Shown piece after piece: positions 48,870 to 58,273 of a stretch of 64,000 bases of DNA. The DNA lies in sequence record SRR20825019_2588, one strand, 5' to 3'. A program made the translations under genes and the position numbers. Each line of letters begins with the position of its first letter. Within the stretch, counting starts at the first letter, position 1. The notes under the pieces are model-generated. The model did no database searches and had not been told where the DNA came from. It was given only the letters and a program-made list of their open reading frames with translations.

Positions 48870-51578
48870 ATGAGACAGTTGTGGGGTTACTTAGATGAGT
48901 CTGAGCGTGAAAGTGTCCAGGCTGCCGTAGCATTTCTAAAAAATCGTCTACAGGACGCTTCTGTAGTCGAATGGGCTGTAGAACTAAAATCAAACCAAAG
49001 AGTGGAAAGGTTAGCCATTGAGCATTTATTAGAGGGACCTGAAGCAAAAACTCTCATTGAGCCATGGCAATCTGTATGGCGCTTAATTCAGGAGAGTTGG
49101 TCAAATATTCCTGTTGAAGTTAATACGAGATATAGCGGGATATATGAAGTAAAAGAACGGATAAAAATAGGTGAAAGGTCGGGAGCTCTGGTAAAGAGAA
49201 TAACCGAGCTTGTTCAACCTCACCTTGAAATAAAAAAACTAAGTTCTTGGCGTAAATCGTCAGATACGAAATTAAAGCGACCCAAAACCATTCATCAACT
49301 TATTTCACCTAAGATTACAAGCGGTGAACTGATTGACCCTAAATTGTTAAAGCTGGATTTGATAGATGACATTGAGTTTATAAAATCTTTGGCTCTGAGT
49401 ATCGAGTCATCGATGAATTATGGCCTTGATTTGGCTAGGAGGCTGGGCTGGAGAGAGCTGAGTGGTATGTGGCAACTTGGTGGACTCACAAGAGTTAAAT
49501 ATGTTTCTACTGACTCTAATGATTTGAATAACAGTGAGCCTGACAAATATCATCGAGGCATCGCACCTAGTGTAAAACTCTTAACCAGTGTTTTGAGTCG
49601 CTTGGGAGAATTGAATGTTGGTGAAGCTAAGTACTTTATGGATAAATGGCGTCTCAGACCAAGTCCCCTAATGGATCGGCTCTGGGCAGCCATGGCAAGT
49701 TCGCGATCTCTTGTCGAAGCTGATGAGGTAAGTGAATTTCTATCCAGACTGAACAGTCAGCTTTATTGGGACATTCACTCCTATCCAGAGATTGCAGAAT
49801 TAAGAACTTATCGTTTTAGAGACTTGGATGAGAAGTCACAGCGAAAAATAGCTTCGAAAATCATGAAGGGGCCACCTAGAAACTTCTTCAAGAACAAAGT
49901 AGATGAAGATAGAAGAGAGGAAGCTCGCTTATATTGTTCACTAAGAGAGTTGAGACGTATAGAAATTGCCGGTGGGGAGCTACCACCGGTTGAGCGATTT
50001 TTTCTCAGAGCTAATGTTGATAGGTTTGATAATTTATCGAGTATGGAAATCGATTCTGGGTTTCCTCAGGGAGTTAAGGTTGAATCTTACTCTCCAGAGC
50101 CTGATGATAAATACAACCAGTTACATGGTTTGGAAAGGCTTAATCAACTAGAAAAAGCACTTTCTGAGGGAGGAAGGGGCTGGAATGATGAACCCGCAGA
50201 GTCAGCCATTTCTTGGTTGCAAAACTCAAACAATGCATGTCTTATTCTTGAAGATTTTGTAGCCACTGGTGGTCAGATAGACAAATTTCAACGACTTATG
50301 GATAGGGTTTTGTGGGCGCACAAGAAGCGCAACATAGATTCCGCTTCTGCTGAGTCGATTAGCGAAAATAAGTCACAATTACGACTCGCTATTTCGCTTA
50401 TTAACAGACACTCTGATATTACTCTAAAACGTCTAATAAATGGCCTTTCCGAATGGTTTTCAGCTTGGGGGAAAGAGGCCATTCAATCAGATATGGGGTT
50501 TGAGTTGTGGAAGCGAGTTTGGCCTTTTGCGGAGGATGAGACAAACTCTTCATACAACCATATTGAACAGCAAGAACTAAGTGTATCAGATGCCCATGAT
50601 AGACCTTTGGTAACCGATACGCTGAATACTCCGGCTGGTAAGCTAACAGGAGTCTTATTTGATTACTGGTCGTCTCTTAATGACAAGCAAAAGCCATTTG
50701 CACCGGAAAGTAAAGAGCATGAAATTAGAGACATACTCATCAAAGCAAAAGGCCGTAGTGGTGAAATTGTAAGGTACAGGCTATCAGAGTATTTGCCATA
50801 TTTTTTGAATGTGGATAAGCAATGGACTGAAAAATATTTAATTAATCCTTTGCTAGAAAATACTGATAATTCTGTAGCTCTCTGGCAAGCGCTAGCTCAG
50901 CGGGTTCATGGTCGAAAAGTTTTAAAAGTGATAGGCGATGAGATGCTCGAAAGGACTATCGATCAGCGTCTAGGTCGTGAAAGTCGTGAGAGATTGGTCT
51001 TCAGCCTTGTAATTGAAATAATGCATGCATACAAAGAGAAACGTGCACCTGTTATTTCATCTGCTTCAATTCAACAAATGCTGAGAACTGTTGAGGATGA
51101 AGTCAGGGCATTTGCCGCCAGTACAATTCAACGATTTGTTAAGGAAATATCAGCTGAAGAGGATAATCCAGCTGAGATTTTTCTCACTTGTGCGTATCCC
51201 TTGCTCAGGGATATTTGGCCAAAAGAACGGTCACTTGTTACTCTAGGAGTATCAGCTGCATTTGCGGACTTACCCGCAACTTCAAGGGATGCTTTTGTTC
51301 AAGCGGTTGAGACATTGGAACCTTATTTGGTGCCATTTGACTGTTGGTCATTACTCGACTTTGGCCTTTATGGTGATCACAATGATGTATCAAAAGTCAT
51401 AGATGATGAAAATAAAGCTATGGCTTTGTTGAAACTATTAAATCTTACGATCGGCACCTCTCAAGGTTCAGTAGTGCCCTATGACTTAACTGATGCGCTT
51501 GAGCAAATAAAAAGAATAAATCCAGAGTTCATTAAAAACCAAACATATCGAAGACTAGCAACCCTGGCAAGACGTTAG
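48870..51578 (+). CDS. Large helical protein resembling the C-terminal two-thirds of Dsr1
   Basis: Motifs GPPR, LNTPAGKL, VDKQWTEKYL, IWPKERSL, YRRL fall in the order I recall for the Dsr1 C-terminal region (recall only, no alignment run). Confidence 0.65.
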   Translation: MRQLWGYLDESERESVQAAVAFLKNRLQDASVVEWAVELKSNQRVERLAIEHLLEGPEAKTLIEPWQSVWRLIQESWSNIPVEVNTRYSGIYEVKERIKIGERSGALVKRITELVQPHLEIKKLSSWRKSSDTKLKRPKTIHQLISPKITSGELIDPKLLKLDLIDDIEFIKSLALSIESSMNYGLDLARRLGWRELSGMWQLGGLTRVKYVSTDSNDLNNSEPDKYHRGIAPSVKLLTSVLSRLGELNVGEAKYFMDKWRLRPSPLMDRLWAAMASSRSLVEADEVSEFLSRLNSQLYWDIHSYPEIAELRTYRFRDLDEKSQRKIASKIMKGPPRNFFKNKVDEDRREEARLYCSLRELRRIEIAGGELPPVERFFLRANVDRFDNLSSMEIDSGFPQGVKVESYSPEPDDKYNQLHGLERLNQLEKALSEGGRGWNDEPAESAISWLQNSNNACLILEDFVATGGQIDKFQRLMDRVLWAHKKRNIDSASAESISENKSQLRLAISLINRHSDITLKRLINGLSEWFSAWGKEAIQSDMGFELWKRVWPFAEDETNSSYNHIEQQELSVSDAHDRPLVTDTLNTPAGKLTGVLFDYWSSLNDKQKPFAPESKEHEIRDILIKAKGRSGEIVRYRLSEYLPYFLNVDKQWTEKYLINPLLENTDNSVALWQALAQRVHGRKVLKVIGDEMLERTIDQRLGRESRERLVFSLVIEIMHAYKEKRAPVISSASIQQMLRTVEDEVRAFAASTIQRFVKEISAEEDNPAEIFLTCAYPLLRDIWPKERSLVTLGVSAAFADLPATSRDAFVQAVETLEPYLVPFDCWSLLDFGLYGDHNDVSKVIDDENKAMALLKLLNLTIGTSQGSVVPYDLTDALEQIKRINPEFIKNQTYRRLATLARR

Positions 51579-51721
51579 CCCGAATTTTACCTTGCATAAA
51601 TAATATCGCGAAATATTTAACAATTAGATTTACTGTGTAGGGGCATAAATGGGTGCAGATAATTTTCAGTGAAATTTAAAATCACATATATTTCAATCTT
51701 ATAGAATATTAATTAGGATGA

Positions 51722-51737
51722 CGCCGCCTCCACCAAT
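51722..51737 (+). repeat. attR core (duplicated ssrA 3' end)
   Basis: CGCCGCCTCCACCAAT. Confidence 0.92.
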
Positions 51738-51744
51738 CGAATAG

Positions 51745-51770
51745 AGAAACCACCTTCGGGTGGTTTTTTT
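51745..51770 (+). terminator. Displaced original ssrA terminator
   Basis: aaaccacc-ttcg-ggtggttt plus T run just after attR. Confidence 0.85.
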
Positions 51771-51949
51771 GTTTTTAAGCTCATAAGAATCTGCATCAGT
51801 ATGCTTTGGTGACGAATCTCTCAGTCAATACTAGTGTCATTGTTTGCTGCTGTTTTCACTGTATTCGTAGTGAGTTGGCGTCAGAAATGTTGACGAATAC
51901 CTCCCAGCTTAAGAAGATAGTCAAATAACCTCCGGGAAAGCTGGTTGAA

Positions 51950-54900
51950 ATGCGGATCAGAGAAAAAATCAGTCTTATCGTTATTGTCAGTATCCTTGTC
52001 ACGGCGATACCAACGGCAATTTTGATAACGGCTTATGTTAAAGAGAAGATTCTCAGCCGCGAAATCAAGAACCTGCTGAGCATGACTCACAACCAGGTTG
52101 AGATTGCTTCAGAGCGTTTGCGTAGCGGGGAGGAAAAGCTCCAGGAGCTTGCCCGATTGTTGCAGGAAGAACTGCAACGGCCCGTTACCCAAAATGAAAT
52201 CAATCTTTTCTATCAGCTAATGACCCTGAGTGAGGATGGGGTATGGCGAAACCGTTCAGAAGACTATGACGGTAGGCAGGAGTCAGGAGTCTTTTTGCCT
52301 GATTCTCCAGAATTAACAGAGCGCCAGAAAGTCATGCACCTGAGAATCAAACAGGTGATGGATACTTTCGGTGCAGCAGCCAACCGGCTTCATGAGAATG
52401 TCTGGTATCTATCCCGCTACCGTAGTGAAGTTATCTTTGACAAAACGTTCTCCGATTTCGTCTTTGACCAGAATGCATCCAATGACTACACCCAGACGCC
52501 ATGGGTGACCTTTACCTCTCCAGAATTAAATCCGGCTCGAAGTTATACATTCACACCACCACTTTTTGACCCTGTGCCCAAGGTTTGGATGGTCAGTGCT
52601 CTGTATCCCTTATATCTGGATGGAAAGTGGCTGGGATCGCTTGGCGAGGATATGCAGCTGACCAATGTGCTGGGATTCATCTTCCGGGATCAACAAATAT
52701 ATCCGGATACGCAGCATTTTTTGCTTGATGCCAATGGTGATTTTATCCTTGCAGGCCAATGGCAGAGAGAGCTGGAGGCGGCGACTGATCAAAATAATTT
52801 CGCTTTGCATGGTGAAGCAGATTTGCAGGCATTACTTAATACAGAAACCTTATCCTATTCACCGACATTACTGTCCCGGACGCTGATGGTGGAAGGGGAA
52901 AAGTATATTGCTTTGGGTTTGCGCATTCCGCCTGTGAATTGGGCCTATTTCAGACTGGTCCCGGTGGCCAATATCGTTGAGCCGTTGCAGCAGTTATTGC
53001 TGATGCTGTTCATTATGGTGTTCGTGATTACGGCGGTTTGTGGTGGGTTGATAACCGGGGCTATTCATACGAATGTGGTTTCACGAATCAGCCGTCTGAC
53101 CCGCGCTATCAGTGCCTATGAATCCGGTGATCGGAAACAGGTTGCCAAAGCGGTGAGCGGGCATGATGAAATCACGCTTGCAGCGCGTGAGTTTGATGTG
53201 ATGGCGGACAGGGTCGCTGCTGCGAGACAGGCGCTGGCCGACAGCGAAGAGCGTTGGAATCTGGCACTGGAAGGCGCAGGTGATGGCGTCTGGGACTGGA
53301 ATATCACTACCGGGGAGGTGCTGTATTCCCGACAGTGGTTCCTCATGCTGGGCTATCAGGAACAGGAGATTACAGAAGAGTTTTCATCCTGGGAAAAGCT
53401 GGTCCATCCGCAGGATATCGAAAATGTACTGCAACAGCTTGAAGCCTATATCAAGGGCAGACAAAAGGCTTTTTCAGTGGAATTCCGCATGCAATGCAAG
53501 GATGGCAGTTGGAAGTGGATTTTGTCACGGGCGACATTGGTAACACGGGATCAGGAAAATCGGCCAACCCGCATGATTGGGATGCATACCGATATTTCCT
53601 ATCTTAAAAAGATTGAGACGGAGCTGCGTACCAGCACGGAACAACTGCACGAGTTGCTTGAGTTCAGTCCAACTGCCATACGTATTGCCTCCAATGATGG
53701 GCGCAGAGTGATCTATGCCAACCGACGCTACTCGGAACTGCTCAATCTGCACCAGGATGAGGTGTTGAACGTCGATCCTACTCAGTATTATGTGGATCCG
53801 GAGCATTACGAGGCCTACCTCGACACGATAAATTCGGGGGGTAAGGTGTCTGATGTGCTGACATATTTGCAAATACCCGGCGTGGGGAACAAAGCGGTAC
53901 TGGCCACATACGTACCTATTCAATACGAGAACGAAAGTTGTGTCATCGGTTGGTTCTATGACGTCACCGAGTGGTTGAAAGCACAGGAAGCGCTGCGCTT
54001 GCATGCCAGCGTTTTCGACAATGCCTGGGAAGGCATTCTGATAACGGATAAAAACAACCGTATCATCACCGTGAACCATGCTTTCACCGAAATTACCGGT
54101 TACGGGCAGTCAGAGTTGATAGGGGAGGACCCGGGCATTCTTGCCTCGGGCCGTCAGGATAAAAATTTCTATCAATCAATGTGGCAATCTATCAACGAGA
54201 CAGGACGCTGGCGTGGTGAGGTCTGGAATCGCAAGAAAAACGGCGACTATTATGCTGAAATCCTGACTATCAGTGCTATCAAAGATGAACAAGGGGAGGT
54301 TGTTAATTACCTGGGCTTGTTTGCGGATATCACCGAGATAAAAAATACCGAGCGCCAACTGGAAGATTTGGCACATTACGATGCCCTGACACAACTCGCC
54401 AATCGGACTTTGTTGTCGGACCGTCTTGGACAAGCACTGGCCCAGGCCCGCAGAAGAGATACCCTGCTGGCAGTCTGTTTCCTCGATCTGGATAACTTCA
54501 AACCCATCAATGATAGCTATGGTCATGATGTGGGCGACAAGCTCCTGATTGAAGTGGCAAAACGATTGAATGCCGTGGTTCGGAGTGGCGATACCGTTGC
54601 CCGCATGGGGGGCGACGAGTTTGTACTGCTGATCACCAATATTGATGATATAGAAGAGCTGGCACCGGTTCTGACACGCATTAATCAGAAAATTGCAGAA
54701 GAAATCTCATTGGATAGTCATATTTTTTCTGTCTCGGCCAGTATCGGTGTCGCCATTTATCCACTGGACAATGTCGATGCGGATACCCTGATTCGTCATG
54801 CGGATTTGTCAATGTACGAAGCCAAACAGGCGGGACGTGACTGCTACCATGTTTTTGATGTCAAACTTGACCAGCAGGTACATGAACATCACGCCCGAAT

Positions 54901-55693
54901 CGAGCGTATCGGTTCGGCGTTACGTAGCGAAGAGTTTTGTCTTTTCTACCAGCCCAAGGTCAACATGAAGACGCATGAAGTAACGGGGATGGAAGCATTG
55001 CTACGCTGGCATCATCCTGAAAAAGGCTTATTGGGCGCGGCTGACTTTTTACCGGTTATCGAATCTCATGAACTGATCATTGCCGTGGGTGACTGGGTGC
55101 TCGAGCAGGCGTTGCAGCAAATTCAGCACTGGCGTGGTCAGGGGCTTGATTTACAGGTCAGTGTTAATGTGTCGGCCAGGCAAATACAGCACCCTGATTT
55201 TGTTAACAAACTGGAGAGTTTACTGGCCACCTACCCGGATGTTCACCCCTCCTTGCTGGAGCTCGAATTACTGGAAACTTCTGCACTGGAGACGAGACAG
55301 ACAGCAGAGGTGGTTGAAGATGCGGGTCAACGACTCGGGGTGTATTTTGCCCTGGATGATTTCGGCACCGGCTATTCGTCGCTGACCTACCTGCGACAGT
55401 TACCGGTCAGAACCTTGAAGATTGATCGATCTTTTGTCAGCACGATGCATCAAAGTGAAGGCGATATGGCAATCGTGAAAGGGATTATTGAGCTGGCGCA
55501 GACCTTTAAGCGACATACGGTTGCTGAAGGGGTTGAGACCAAAGCCGAGTGTGAAACCTTACTGGAAATTGGTTGTGACACCATTCAGGGCTACTACATT
55601 GCCAAGCCGATGCCTGCCGATGAGGTCTTCGACTGGGTGCAGCAATTCCACCAATCGCACCATAAACCGGCAGTAAGAAAAAAACATAAATAA
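51950..55693 (+). CDS. Membrane sensor diguanylate cyclase/phosphodiesterase (Cache-HAMP-PAS x3-GGDEF-EAL)
   Basis: Two TM segments, PAS repeats, RMGGDEF, MEALLRW, DDFGTGYSS, AEGVET. Confidence 0.92.
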   Translation: MRIREKISLIVIVSILVTAIPTAILITAYVKEKILSREIKNLLSMTHNQVEIASERLRSGEEKLQELARLLQEELQRPVTQNEINLFYQLMTLSEDGVWRNRSEDYDGRQESGVFLPDSPELTERQKVMHLRIKQVMDTFGAAANRLHENVWYLSRYRSEVIFDKTFSDFVFDQNASNDYTQTPWVTFTSPELNPARSYTFTPPLFDPVPKVWMVSALYPLYLDGKWLGSLGEDMQLTNVLGFIFRDQQIYPDTQHFLLDANGDFILAGQWQRELEAATDQNNFALHGEADLQALLNTETLSYSPTLLSRTLMVEGEKYIALGLRIPPVNWAYFRLVPVANIVEPLQQLLLMLFIMVFVITAVCGGLITGAIHTNVVSRISRLTRAISAYESGDRKQVAKAVSGHDEITLAAREFDVMADRVAAARQALADSEERWNLALEGAGDGVWDWNITTGEVLYSRQWFLMLGYQEQEITEEFSSWEKLVHPQDIENVLQQLEAYIKGRQKAFSVEFRMQCKDGSWKWILSRATLVTRDQENRPTRMIGMHTDISYLKKIETELRTSTEQLHELLEFSPTAIRIASNDGRRVIYANRRYSELLNLHQDEVLNVDPTQYYVDPEHYEAYLDTINSGGKVSDVLTYLQIPGVGNKAVLATYVPIQYENESCVIGWFYDVTEWLKAQEALRLHASVFDNAWEGILITDKNNRIITVNHAFTEITGYGQSELIGEDPGILASGRQDKNFYQSMWQSINETGRWRGEVWNRKKNGDYYAEILTISAIKDEQGEVVNYLGLFADITEIKNTERQLEDLAHYDALTQLANRTLLSDRLGQALAQARRRDTLLAVCFLDLDNFKPINDSYGHDVGDKLLIEVAKRLNAVVRSGDTVARMGGDEFVLLITNIDDIEELAPVLTRINQKIAEEISLDSHIFSVSASIGVAIYPLDNVDADTLIRHADLSMYEAKQAGRDCYHVFDVKLDQQVHEHHARIERIGSALRSEEFCLFYQPKVNMKTHEVTGMEALLRWHHPEKGLLGAADFLPVIESHELIIAVGDWVLEQALQQIQHWRGQGLDLQVSVNVSARQIQHPDFVNKLESLLATYPDVHPSLLELELLETSALETRQTAEVVEDAGQRLGVYFALDDFGTGYSSLTYLRQLPVRTLKIDRSFVSTMHQSEGDMAIVKGIIELAQTFKRHTVAEGVETKAECETLLEIGCDTIQGYYIAKPMPADEVFDWVQQFHQSHHKPAVRKKHK

Positions 55694-55719
55694 CCGTGTA
55701 TTAAGATTCTTCTGATAAG

Positions 55720-55757
55720 CGCCGTCAGGCTTGCTATGATCTGGCGGGTTTTTGTTT
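55720..55757 (+). terminator. Probable terminator
   Basis: ccgtcag..ctggcgg stem followed by T-rich tract. Confidence 0.5.
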
Positions 55758-55786
55758 GTTGCTGACACTATCGGAGTTTTACCTTT

Positions 55787-56755
55787 ATGAGCCTTGCCAT
55801 TGCTGCTGTGATTTTCGGGCTGATTCTGCTGGTCTGGAGTGCCGATAAATTCGTTGAAGGCGCGGCGGCTACTGCTCGACATTTCGGAATGCCGGCTTTA
55901 TTAATCGGTATGGTGATTGTCGGCTTCGGTACTTCGGCGCCGGAAATGGTGGTCTCAGCGCTGGCTTCCTCACAGGGTAACCCTGGTATTGCGCTGGGTA
56001 ATGCATACGGCTCCAATATCACCAATATTGCTCTGATCCTCGGTATCACCGCTTTAATCAGTCCGATTGCAGTGCATTCGCAGGTGCTCAGAAAAGAGCT
56101 GCCGATTCTGACCATTATTACTTTCGCTGCTGCCTGGCAGTTGTGGGATGGTAATTTGTCACGCACCGATGCGGTCGTGTTGCTGCTGATTTTTGCTGTG
56201 CTGATGGGCTGGACTATCTGGCAGGGGATGCAGAAAAAGACTGATGAATTCGGTACTGAAATCGCCCAGGAGCTTGAACAGCATCAGATGCCGCTTAAGC
56301 GGGCCGTAATCTGGTTGATAGTCGGTTTATTGCTGCTGATTCTCAGTTCCCGTGTGTTGGTGTGGGGCGCCGTGGAAATCGCTGTCGCGCTGGGTGTCAG
56401 TGATTTGATCATTGGTCTTACCATTGTTGCCATCGGTACCTCTTTGCCTGAACTGGCTTCATCGGTGATCGCTGCCCGTAAAGGCGAGCATGATATCGCT
56501 ATCGGTAATATCATCGGTTCCAACCTGTTCAACACCCTGGCAGTGGTCGGTATCGCCGGCACAATCGCGCCGATGGCGGTCAGTCCGGAGTTGCTCTATC
56601 GCGATGTGATGACCATGATTGTGCTGACTCTCTCGCTGTTTATCTTCGGTTACGGTTTCCGTGGACAGGGCCGGATAAACCGGATTGAGGGCGGGATTCT
56701 GCTGGCAGCTTATGTCGCTTATACCACGTACCTCATCACCACCGTTTTCGCATAA
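55787..56755 (+). CDS. Calcium/sodium antiporter (CaCA, YrbG family)
   Basis: GTSAPE..GSNI and GTSLPE..GSNL alpha repeats. Confidence 0.93.
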   Translation: MSLAIAAVIFGLILLVWSADKFVEGAAATARHFGMPALLIGMVIVGFGTSAPEMVVSALASSQGNPGIALGNAYGSNITNIALILGITALISPIAVHSQVLRKELPILTIITFAAAWQLWDGNLSRTDAVVLLLIFAVLMGWTIWQGMQKKTDEFGTEIAQELEQHQMPLKRAVIWLIVGLLLLILSSRVLVWGAVEIAVALGVSDLIIGLTIVAIGTSLPELASSVIAARKGEHDIAIGNIIGSNLFNTLAVVGIAGTIAPMAVSPELLYRDVMTMIVLTLSLFIFGYGFRGQGRINRIEGGILLAAYVAYTTYLITTVFA

Positions 56756-56768
56756 TTATCTGATAGCT

Positions 56769-57305
56769 ATGGCCAATATACTGCTCGACAAATCACATAA
56801 AAAACTCATCAAATCAGCAATTGATTTGGGGGACTGGCTGTTGTCACTGGAAGGGTTGAGCAATGAGGATGAACAGGCTATCAAAGCCGTTCAGAAATCG
56901 CTGAACAAGCTGCCCAAAATCAATGACGGCACGCTGGCGATGTACGGTTTCAGCCTGGAGCAGGGCGATGACACGGCGGGCCTAGTCCGGGGCTGGGATA
57001 TCTCGCTGGAATACTTTGCTGATGATCCGGAGCAGCAGGGAGGTCTGGAAATGTTCAGTTCCTATATCCCCATTCCGGAAACGACTGATCCGGATGTATT
57101 GGCTGAGAAGAAAAACAATGAGCTTTATTTCCACTGGCCCATCGGGGATATCTGTAATTTGATTCCATCTGATCAAGCCAGTCAATGGCTGGAACAGGTC
57201 TCTAATCCAGTGGCTATGGCCAAGACTGCTGAGCGCCTTCGCATTGAGATTGTTTTGGGTGAGTATTATTCAGAAATTGAATATGACAGGCCACTCAGCC
57301 TGTAA
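56769..57305 (+). CDS. Hypothetical acidic protein
   Basis: ATG 13 nt after antiporter stop, 178 aa open frame; family not recognised. Confidence 0.6.
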   Translation: MANILLDKSHKKLIKSAIDLGDWLLSLEGLSNEDEQAIKAVQKSLNKLPKINDGTLAMYGFSLEQGDDTAGLVRGWDISLEYFADDPEQQGGLEMFSSYIPIPETTDPDVLAEKKNNELYFHWPIGDICNLIPSDQASQWLEQVSNPVAMAKTAERLRIEIVLGEYYSEIEYDRPLSL

Positions 57306-57329
57306 CGGCTTAAATATTTTGATATTTGT

Positions 57330-57372
57330 TTGAAAATACCCATTATGGGGATTATAGTACCCATATTGGGTA
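57330..57372 (+). promoter_or_regulatory. Sigma70 promoter with two palindromic operators
   Basis: TTGAAA (57330)-17 bp-TATAGT (57353); CCCAT-T-ATGGG (57339-57349) and TACCCA-TAT-TGGGTA (57358-57372). Confidence 0.7.
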
Positions 57373-57388
57373 TTATTATTGGTGGTCT

Positions 57389-57988
57389 ATGTCAGTCGTT
57401 TCTGTAGCCGATGCTTTATTCACAAAAACGCAACAACGGGTGCTTGGCCTGCTTTACGGCAAGCCTGATAAAAGTTTTTATACCAACGAGATCCTGCGCT
57501 TGGCTGATATGGGACGCGGCACAGTCACGCGTGAGCTTGAAAAGCTGGCTAATGCCGGTCTTGTCGTTGTGTCAAAAGAGGGAAATCAACAACACTATCA
57601 GGCAAATGCGGATAATCCAATTTTTGAGGAGCTGGTATCCATAGCCCGTAAAACCTTTGGTGTGGCTGATGTGATTCGAGAAGCATTAATGAGCCTTGAT
57701 GAAAAATTTGATTCTGCCTTTATCTACGGTTCTGTCGCTAAGAGTGAAGCCACCGCCAACAGTGATATTGATTTGCTAGTTATTTCTGATAGCTTGGCTT
57801 ATGCAGATTTGATGGCGAATCTGATGGCAGCAGAAAAGGTTTTATCCCGTCCAATTAATCCTTCCGTTTATGATGCAGAACAATTCAAACGGAAGTGGCG
57901 AGAAGGTAATGCGTTTATTTCAAAGGTGATGGAGCAACCGAAGATTTGGCTGAAGGGATCAGAAAATGACATTAGCGCAGCTGGATAA
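57389..57988 (+). CDS. wHTH + minimal nucleotidyltransferase (MNT-type antitoxin/regulator)
   Basis: N-terminal HTH, FIYGSVAK..SDIDLLVI NTase motif. Confidence 0.88.
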   Translation: MSVVSVADALFTKTQQRVLGLLYGKPDKSFYTNEILRLADMGRGTVTRELEKLANAGLVVVSKEGNQQHYQANADNPIFEELVSIARKTFGVADVIREALMSLDEKFDSAFIYGSVAKSEATANSDIDLLVISDSLAYADLMANLMAAEKVLSRPINPSVYDAEQFKRKWREGNAFISKVMEQPKIWLKGSENDISAAG

Positions 57989-58219
57989 TCTGGTAAAAAC
58001 CGGCAAGATTAAAACAGAGCCTGCTGACCAAAAAGAGTTTGAGGTATGGTCAGTTCTGCAAGGCGCCGTTTGCACGATGCAAGTCTGGAAAGCTTATCTG
58101 ACGACAGTCGGTTTTCATTGGCTTATGGTGCAGCCCATGCATTGTCTCTGGCAGCGATGCGCTGGCATGGTTATCGTTCCGATAATCGTTATCTGGTGTT
58201 TCAATGTTTGCAGCACTGA
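57966..58219 (+). pseudogene. Frameshifted and truncated HEPN-like partner of the MNT gene
   Basis: Frame change near 58044 restores ..MVSSARRRLHDA..SRFSLAYGAAHALSLAAMRWHGYRSDNRYLVFQCLQH, then an early TGA. Confidence 0.72.
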
Positions 58220-58273
58220 GAATAAGCGCTTTCTTTTCCCATTAATGCATACAAGATATTACGGAGTATAGGA

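Larger units (their letters stand above)
34505..51737. mobile_element. tmRNA-integrated genomic (defence) island, ~17.2 kb
   Basis: 16-bp direct repeat CGCCGCCTCCACCAAT at both ends, P4-like integrase at left end, AlpA, visibly AT-richer than flanks (judged by eye). Confidence 0.93.

Noticed and set aside
51722-51737. Second tRNA/tmRNA gene
   Set aside because: Only the last 14 nt of ssrA plus 2 nt are present, with no T-arm upstream; this is attR.
57966-58271. 101-aa ORF as an intact gene
   Set aside because: Family-like sequence continues in a different frame after about 58044, so it is treated as a pseudogene.
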